Shown here: piece after piece, positions 56,180 through 64,000 of the stretch | How positions within the stretch are numbered: position 1 is the stretch's first letter | Layout: each line of letters starts with the position of its first letter | Origin: Phaeosaccion multiseriatum | Lineage: Eukaryota; Protista; Ochrophyta, other classes | Length of the DNA: 64,000 bases | Direction of reading: 5' to 3' | NCBI GenBank assembly: GCA_965112735.1 | Contig: OZ218962.1 | Location: 372,001 to 436,000 of the forward strand | Made by a program: the position numbers and the translations under genes | The notes under the pieces: generated by a model | Told to the model about the DNA's origin: nothing | The model's database searches: none | The model's input: the letters and a program-made list of their open reading frames with translations, nothing else

Positions 56180-57117
56180 AAAGGGGGAGAAGAATCACGG
56201 CCTCGAAGCGACCGAGGGAGTCGAGGGGGACTACTCTTGAGCGAATGACAGAGACAGGGTGGGGCGGAACACTTGTGAGGGGAGACGGATGGCATGGGGA
56301 GGATGAAACGACTTTGAGGTTAGGGTTAAGCAGCAGCACAGCAAGGGGAAGAAGCACGAGTGGAAGAGAACCAAAGAGCGAGCGAATGTATATTACTGGC
56401 TGTTGTCTCTCTTCTGCGTTCCACTCAGCAGCCACCACTTCGGAGCAGGAGGAGGAGAGGAGGGACTTGGGGGGGGACTTGCATCGGCACTGACGATATC
56501 TCCCCCTCCCAGCGCGACCTCCGGCACCACAACTGCACCAGTCTGCCCCTGCTGCTGCCGAGCACACACCACGTAACCGTCTTTTGTTTCCCTCCGCACG
56601 GCGCTGCAGAGTCACGTGTGGTGCGGCAAGGGGAGCAGTTGGTGCTACAGAGGCAGGAGAGGACGTGTTGGCCCCACTGGCTACAGTCCAGCTACAGTGC
56701 ATCGGCATCACTGTGTCCTTCGAGCTGCTGCAGCGCCGCGCCAGGCAGTCTCTCACGAGAGGTGAGCGTGTGGTCACTGATGCAGCGATTGGGCGCTCTC
56801 TCTCTCTCTCAGGAAGAGGGCGGAGGCAGCAGACCGAAGCCCAACGCGGCTCAGTCGAGTGAATGGCATCGCCCCCGATGATTCGTACCTGATGCTTAGA
56901 AGGCGAGTGCTGGAGAGTGCTTGCTCGACTCTTTTGAAGGGGCGAGGGGGGCAAGTTGAGACTTTATTGGGTGTTGGTAAATATGTAAAGGGCACCTTAT
57001 GAGATGCTTTGGACTGCGCTCTTCACTGAAAGCTCTCCGCACTCCGCGTGTGCAGCGGTGCCTCCACCCAGGGACTCGCACTGCCCCTCTTTAGCAAATG
57101 GGCCGACCAGGACATGC

Positions 57118-57471
57118 GCACGTAGGAACACGCACATGCACGCACGCACACACACACACACACGCACACACACACACACACGTATCAGCACTATGGACCG
57201 GGGCGTCGTTAGTGCCAGGTGTCAGGACCCTCTCCTCACCGCCCTGCTGCTGCTGCTGGTGGTTGTCAGAGCACCTATTGTGGCTGAAGCAGCTGTTACT
57301 TCTTCTGCTCCTGCTCCTGTTGCATCTTCTGCTCCTTCTCGGACTGCTGTCCTTCGCCCCTCACTCTCTTTTGCTGCAGCCCCCCGCTTGAAGTGGAGAT
57401 AGGAGAGCTTTGGCAAGGTATGCGAACTTGGCGCACCCTAAAGGGAGCAGCAACTGCGGCCTTGACCGCAT
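57118..57471 (-). pseudogene. Duplicated, internally deleted 5' fragment of the MATE gene
   Basis: A copy of the MATE exon 1 start (ATG at 57471) carries a TGG>TGA stop at ~57361 and is joined across a ~1.3-kb deletion to MATE intron sequence. Confidence 0.8.
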
Positions 57472-57642
57472 GCTCCCAATCCCAGTCTGGAGAAACTAGG
57501 GGGGATGATCGTGTTCCACATCCAAACTCACAGCTGGGTCTCCCGCCTGATCGTCGTCTTAAACTTAAAAGATATAACCTGTGATCGTTCTATGTCGATC
57601 TTGTTAAGGATTGTTTGAAACCTGCAGAGAAGGCGCCCCAGC

Positions 57643-59464
57643 ATGGCGTCCCAGAGGAGTGGGGGACCCGCCCGAGTGAGCGGAGAGGTACGTTATTGCC
57701 CCCCCCCGATCCTCGTCTGGCAAAACGTCAACCTAGCGTGTGGCCTTGCCTCCTCCGTCGCTTACGCCTCTCTCGCTCCGCTCTTCGGCTCTCTTCCGAC
57801 TGCCGTGACAGGCCACACGCCTCTACGACGCCATCCGCGGAGGGGAGAGTATCAAGAACGTCAAACGAGCCATCAGCGCCCTGGTCGCCAAAGAGAGGGG
57901 AAGGAAGGCTTGCCTCGACGCCGCGATTTGTGCTGAGGGGCACACTCCAGTGACTGTAGCGGCGACGGCGGGCAGAGCAGACATCGTGGAGCTTCTACTG
58001 GGGGAAGGGGCATCTCCAAACCACAAAGCGTTGAGCCCTGGCAGTGTCACACCATTGATGGGGGCTTGCGTACTTGGCCTTCTAAACATTGTGCAGATAC
58101 TCATGGAGGCCGGTGCTGATTTGGATCAAGCAGTTGACAAGGGGACGGCCTTGAGTGCAGCTTCAGACTTTGGGCACACAGAAATCGTCAGAGCTTTAAT
58201 CGCGGGGGGCGCCAATGTGGACAAGGGCGACAACAACGGAGCTACACCTCTGATCTTAGCTTCACGAAAGAATTATGATGGGGTTGTGAGGCTGCTCCTT
58301 GCGGCTAATGCGAATGCGAGAAAGGCCACCAACGACGGAAGTACACCACTGGCCATGGCGTCGCTGTACGGTCATGAGGAGGTGGCGAAGTTGCTCATTG
58401 CCGCCAACGCAGATGTGAACCAACTGCGGAAAGACGGAACTTCGCCACTTTATGTGGCCAGTGCCAAGGGTCATGCTTGCGTGGTGAGGAGGCTTTCGGC
58501 AGCTGGCGCGGAGGTGGGTGCAACCAATGATAAGGGGACTACTGCTCTCATGGTGGCAGCGCAAAATGGACACGCTGAGGTGCTGCGTGAGCTTGTATCG
58601 GCAGGAGCAGACGTGGATCGACATGAGGTGGAGGGGGCTACTGCTCTGCACTACGCTGCTGAAGCCGGACATGGGCATGCCCTGCACATCCTGCTCAAGG
58701 CCGGGGCTGAGGTGGATGCAGCCAATGATGAGGGGATGACTGCTCTCATGATGGCAGCGGGCCGTGGACACGCTGAGGTGATGCGTGAGCTCGTATCGGC
58801 AGGAGCAGACGTGGATCGACATGACGCGGAGGGGGATACTGCTCTGCACTACGCTGCTAGAGTCGGACATGGGCATGCCCTGCACATCCTGCTCACGGCC
58901 GGGGCTGAGGTGGATGCAGCCAATGATAAGGGGACTACTGCTCTCATGCTGGCAGCGCAACATGGACGCGCTGAGGTGCTGCGTGAGCTTGTATCGGCAG
59001 GGGCAGACGTGGATCGACATGAGGTGGAGGGGGCTACTGCTCTGCACTACGCTGCTGAAGCCGGACATGGGCATGCCCTGCACATCCTGCTAGAGGCCGG
59101 GGCTGAGGTGGATATCAAGGATGACATCGGAAGAACTCCCCTCCTCTTCGCAGCATACGAAAATCATGGAGGGGCGATGCACGAGCTTCTCTGCGCAGGG
59201 GCGTCTGTGGGCAAGGCTCTGACTGGTGCTCGAGAGCTTGACGTCCTGCAAGAGGTCCATGATCGTCTTCTGATGGCAGACAAGCGATACTTTGACTCGC
59301 AAAGCCCTGCGGACATTATGCGGACGTGCGACTCGACCTTCGGCAAGGAGAGGGGCCTGCCGCCGCAGGAGAGGGGCGTCTGTTCCGAGACCATGCTGGA
59401 GGTGACGTCGGGTATGCGTGGAGCCGACGACGACTCCAGGTGGGCGAAGCAAGACACGCATTGA
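57643..59464 (+). CDS. Ankyrin-repeat protein ANK-6, ~565 aa, 13 repeats. Exons 57643-57687 and 57812-59464
   Basis: Same structure as ANK-5 with four additional internal repeats, and an open frame. Confidence 0.9.
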
Positions 59465-60466
59465 AAAGGGGAGAACAATCACGGCCTCGAAGCGACCGAG
59501 CGAGTCGAGGGGGACTACTCTTGAGCGAATGACAGAGACAGGGTGGGGCGGAACACTTGTGAGGGGAGGCGGATGGCATGGGGAGGATGAAACGACTTTG
59601 AGGTTAGGGTTAAGCAGCAGCACAGCAAGGGGAAGAAGCACGAGTGGAAGAGAATCAGAGAGCAAGCGAATGTACTGGCTGTTGTCTCTCTTCTGCGTTC
59701 CACTCAGCAGCCACCACTTCGGAGCAGGAGGAGGAGAGGAGGGACTTGGGGGGGGACTTGCATCGGCACTGACGATATCTCCCCCTCCCAGCGCGACCTC
59801 CGGCACCACAACTGCACGAGTCTGCCCCTGCTGCTGCCGAGCACACACCACGTAACCGTCTTTGTTTCCCTCCGCACGGCCCTGCAGAGTCACGTGTGGT
59901 GCGGCAAGGGGAGCAGTTGGTGCTACAGAGGCAGGAGAGGACGTGTTGGCCCCACTGGCTACAGTCCAGCTACAGTGCATCGGCATCACTGTGTCCTTCG
60001 AGCTGCTGCAGCGCCGCGCCAGGCAGTCTCTCACGAGAGGTGAGCGTGTGGTCACTGATGCAGCGATTGGGCGCTCTCTCTCTCTCTCTCTCAGGAAGAG
60101 GGCGGAGGCAGCAGACCGAAGCCCAGCGCGGCTCAGTCGAGTGAATGGCATCGCCCCCGATGATTCGTACCTGATGCTTAGCAGGCGAGTGCTGGAGAGT
60201 GCTTGCTCGACTCTTTTGAAGGGGCGAGGGGGGCAAGTTGAGACTTTATTGGGTGTTGGTAAATAAATAAAGGGCACCTTATGAGATGCTTTGGACTGCG
60301 CTCTTCACTGAAAGCTCTCCGCACTCCGCGTGTGCAGCGGTGCCTCCACCCAGGGACTCGCACTGCCCCTCTTTAGCAAATGGGCCGACCGGCTCTCTCG
60401 AGCCTCGACGTACCCTTCGTGAGGATGATGTGAACACCTTTCTCATCCCTGCCCCCACCGCCCCCC

Positions 60467-63400
60467 TCAATCTTCGCTCCTGTCGTCTCCACTGTCTTCT
60501 TCATCAGCAGCAGCGGCGCCTGCCTCACCCCGACTCCCCCTCCGCTCTCGCTTGCTCTGCACAGCGTCTCTACACGTGCTCGTACTCTGCTTTCCCTCCT
60601 CGCTCCTCGTGATGCTCCTGCTCCTGCTCCTCTTCCTGCGCATCCAGCTTCTGCTGTTGCTGCCCCCCTTTCCCCTCCCATCCTTCGGTGGAGTGTCATC
60701 TCTACCCCTCCTTTCTCCACTCCTGCTCCTCGTCTTGTCCCGCCCCCGCCGACCACCCCGCCCACCCCCGCCGCCACCAGCAGCAGCCGGACTCACGCTG
60801 ACGCTACCTCTTGCGCTTGCTCTCCCGCTCGCGCTACCGCCGCCGCTTTCGCTGCCACTGCCACTGCCACTCCCACTCCCACTGCTGCTGCCGCTACTGC
60901 GGCTCCTGCTACTGCCGCTGCCGCCGCTGCTGCTGCTGAGAGCCGCCCTACGCACGTGGCCTGTCCTCCCATTCCTCCCATCAGACCGCACCATCGCGGA
61001 CCTTCTGCCGCTCCTGCCGCGACTCTGGGTTCGGCTGCGACTCCTCGTCCGACGGTGGCCCCTCTCTCTGTCTCTGTCTCTGTCTCTGTCTTTGTCCCTA
61101 CCCCATCTCTGTCGCTCCCCTCCCTCCCTTCTCCTCCCCCCCCACTCGTCGTCGTCCCGATCCCGGTCATTCCTCTCTCTCTCCTCTCGTCTCCTCTGCT
61201 CGGCCGAAACCGTTGCCCGCTTCACACGGATCGCTCTCCCGCCTAATTCGATGCCCTGAGTCGAAGGTAGGGAAGGGGGAAAGTGTGAGAGATTGACAAA
61301 AAAGCAAGGTTCCAACCGGAGAGGGCCCTCCGCGTAAGAAGTAGAAAGTGAAACGTCTGAGAAGGGAAATAACGGAGAATACAACCAATCAAGAGGGTCT
61401 TCAGTTACGTCGCTAAGCTAAGCAGTGGAAAGAGAGGCAACATACCTCAAACAGCATAGCTGTAGGCACGGCGCTGGCGCCGTCCTCGAAGCTCACAAAG
61501 GCATACCCCCTCCCCATGCCCTGCCGCCTCTCCCTGTCCTCCGGCAGCCGCACCCCTTTCACCTTGCCGCACTCCGCGAAGGCCGCCTCGAGCACTTCCG
61601 CTGACATATCGAAGGGCAGATTGGACACGTGGACGGTGTCGGGCGACAAGTTGCTGTCGTCTGGTGTATCACCAACTGCGGCAGTTGTTGGGACTGCTGC
61701 TGCGGTTGCTGCCGGTGGTGGTGGTTGTGGCGCTGTTTGGAGGAAATAGCGTGGGAGGGGAGGGGCGAACGAGGCTCCGTAACGGGTAGAAAGGGTGTCG
61801 TGGGGGAATACTCTACATTTCACTCATTACAGTGAGAGAGAAGAGAGAGAGAAGAGAAGGTGTCGGTGCCCCATACACCGGAGGCATGCGGACCGACAAT
61901 CGAGTGGGAGGAGGGCGGAGTAGCAATCACACGAGAAGCGACCGAGGGAGCAAGACTGGAGGACCCGAGGGAGCAAGAGTGAAGGACCTGAGGGAGCAAG
62001 AGAGAAGGACCCGAGGGAGGCAAAGTAAAGGAAGCACACCGCACCCCCCCTCGACGCCCCACCGACACAGGCACACACGCACACACGCACACGCACACAC
62101 GCACACACGCACACACGCGCACGCACGCACACACGCACCTGCTGGCTTTCCCGAGTCCCACCGAGAGGGCCGCTTGCCCGTGCGTGTCGAAGCGGTGGCT
62201 CCTGACACCCCCGCGGGTCCTGACGCCCCCCCGGGTCCTGGTAAGCCCCCAGCGGCCGCCTTTCTCGCGTTCTCGAGTGCCTGTTGCATGATGAGGTCCA
62301 GGGCAGGGCCTGAGCCTGATGATCCTGACACCAAGTCCCCTGTCCCTGCCCCTGCCCCTGCCCCGGCGGGGAGGGAAGAAGGAGGAGGAGCAAATGCCCC
62401 ACCGCCAGCAGCAGGCGCAGCGGTGTGTCTCCGAGCTGGCTTGTTACCACCCGCTCGAGGCTCACTGCGCCGCACTTTGATGGGCCGGCCTTGGAAGTCA
62501 TCCCCGTCAAGGAGAAGGGCCTTGGACACTGATAGGGCCCTACGGAAGCTCTGCAGGGGGGTAGGGGGGGGTGGGGTGATGGACCCAAGGGGGGAGGGGG
62601 TTCAACATGAAGAACAAAGGAAGGGCGGGTTGTGTTGAGCCCAGGTATAAAGGAGGGGACAGCACGCTCACTTCAGTCCAGTACAGCCCCAATCCGCTTT
62701 GAGGATGGGTCAGGATGGGCATCCGTGCGGCCCAACACCACTCAGTAGCAGCTGCAGGTCGTGCACTCACCACAAAGGCGATGCCCTTCCCCTCGCCCGT
62801 CTCTCGGTCCCGAGGGAGGCGAACCTGTATGAGTGCATTGTATCGGAGAGGAGCATGTGAACATTTTTGCCAAGCGGTGGAGAGGGCACATGGATCAAAG
62901 CGCAGTGTCAGTCAGGACCCTGCTAAGGACCTCTGTTCCTTCAATCTTGCCATCTCTTCTCTTCACGGTCCCCTCCCCTCAGCCCACGTTTCCTCGTTCT
63001 GCTTTTCCATCGCACCCTCCCCTCCCGTCCTCCCTCCCTCCCTCCCTCCCTCCCTCCCTCCCTCCCTCCCTCCCTCCCTCCCTCTCATCCCTCTCATCCC
63101 TCACCTCCACCACGTCTCCACAGTCCTGGAAGAGCTCCTGCACCATGTAGTCCGTTACAGAATAAGCAAGATTGCCCACATACACCGTCGCGTCCTCCTC
63201 AGACGGCATCTCCCATCCCCCTCCTCCTCCTCCTCCTCCTCCTCCTCCTCCTCCTGATGTACCACCAACTGCCGCCCGTCCCCGCCCCTCCTCCTCCATG
63301 CCCCCCATCATACGGTCGAGCAACTCCTGACGCTTCGTCTCTCGCAGTGAGGTGCTGAGGTGAGACACTTGGTAGTGCCTCGAAGAGAAGCCGAAGCTCA

Positions 63401-64000
63401 GCTTGCTTTGATTGGGTGTGATTGGGTGGGGTAACCACGGCTTGAGGCGCTCCCCGTCAACAAAGCAGCCGTTGGGGGCGCCCATGCAGATGAGGACGGG
63501 CCCCTGCTTGCCGTCGATGGCCAGCAGCGCGTGGTGCCGACTTACGGAAGGGTGCTGATTGATCCGACAGGGGGGGGGAGGAAGGAGGTGGGGAGAGAGT
63601 GTTTGGTCAATTGGTAAGTTGATTGATTCAATGTGCACAAGAGAGGAAAGAAGTGGAATGGGTAGTGTGGGGTAACACACGCACGCACGCACGCACACGG
63701 AAGACGTGTTGTGTATTGTAAGCACAACACACACACAAAAAACCACGCCGCGCCGAGTCCTTAGCCACCTGCGGTACGGTACGGTGCGGTGCCTCCCTTC
63801 CCACCTCTTTGATTGACACCAATCTGGCTGTGGTACCATGCCATGTACTGGGTAAAAGGCAAAAGGTCTAACCGACCCAAACTCCAACTCACTTACTTCC
63901 ATGACAATGTCGTTGTCCGGCAGCTTGCCCAGTGAGACGACGGCCTGCTTCTCCAGCTCCAGGTCCGAGTGCAGCAGCTTGTCTCCCTTCATCACAGACA
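60467..64000 (-). CDS. FHA domain plus two RRMs plus Arg/Ser-rich tail protein (5' end probably outside the window). Exons >64000-63897, 63554-63105, 62824-62771, 62550-62139, 61732-61446 and 61255-60467
   Basis: FHA motifs SLGKLPDNDIVMEHPSVSRHHA and NGCFVDG. RRM1 has TVYVGNL and KGIAFVSF. RRM2 has TVHVSNLPF and RGYAFVSF. The C-terminus is RD/RS-rich. Confidence 0.85.

Larger units (their letters stand above)
52833..60390. repeat. Tandem duplication, unit = [5' part of MATE][ANK][downstream region]. Copy 1 is ~52833-57110 and copy 2 is ~57115-60390 (internally deleted)
   Basis: 57118-57243 matches ~52833-53073, 57244-57555 matches ~54408-54715, and 59465-60390 matches 56180-57110. Confidence 0.88.

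Noticed and set aside
55860-60277. 364-aa and 395-aa minus-strand ORFs overlapping the ends of ANK-5 and ANK-6
   Set aside because: These are antisense shadows in GC-rich duplicated DNA, and the frames are not conserved between the two copies.

Overview
GC-rich, intron-rich eukaryotic nuclear DNA with GT-AG introns, many of them filled with microsatellites. The source is probably an alga with a secondary plastid, since the chlorophyll synthase has a signal-peptide-plus-Phe bipartite presequence. Left to right the window holds: a tandem array of four ankyrin-repeat paralogues on the minus strand (two disrupted, one with a solo LTR upstream) inside a ~9.9-kb tandem duplication that also copied the 3' end of the next gene; a MAK/ICK-type kinase; chlorophyll synthase; an orphan 7TM protein; two related MITEs; an intronless sarcosine/dimethylglycine-type SAM methyltransferase set head-to-head with a 15-exon gene encoding an in-frame MTHFR::S-adenosylhomocysteine hydrolase fusion; an intronless GT-B glycosyltransferase; a 21-exon Argonaute with an intact DEDH tetrad; a DinF-type MATE transporter; two more ankyrin paralogues on the plus strand; and an FHA-RRM-RRM-RS gene running off the right edge. 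The best candidate for a new system is the methyltransferase plus MTHFR::SAHH divergent pair, which looks like a compact methyl-recycling module for a methylated osmolyte (glycine betaine or DMSP). All exon models were built by hand from reading frame and splice consensus, and no database searches were run.
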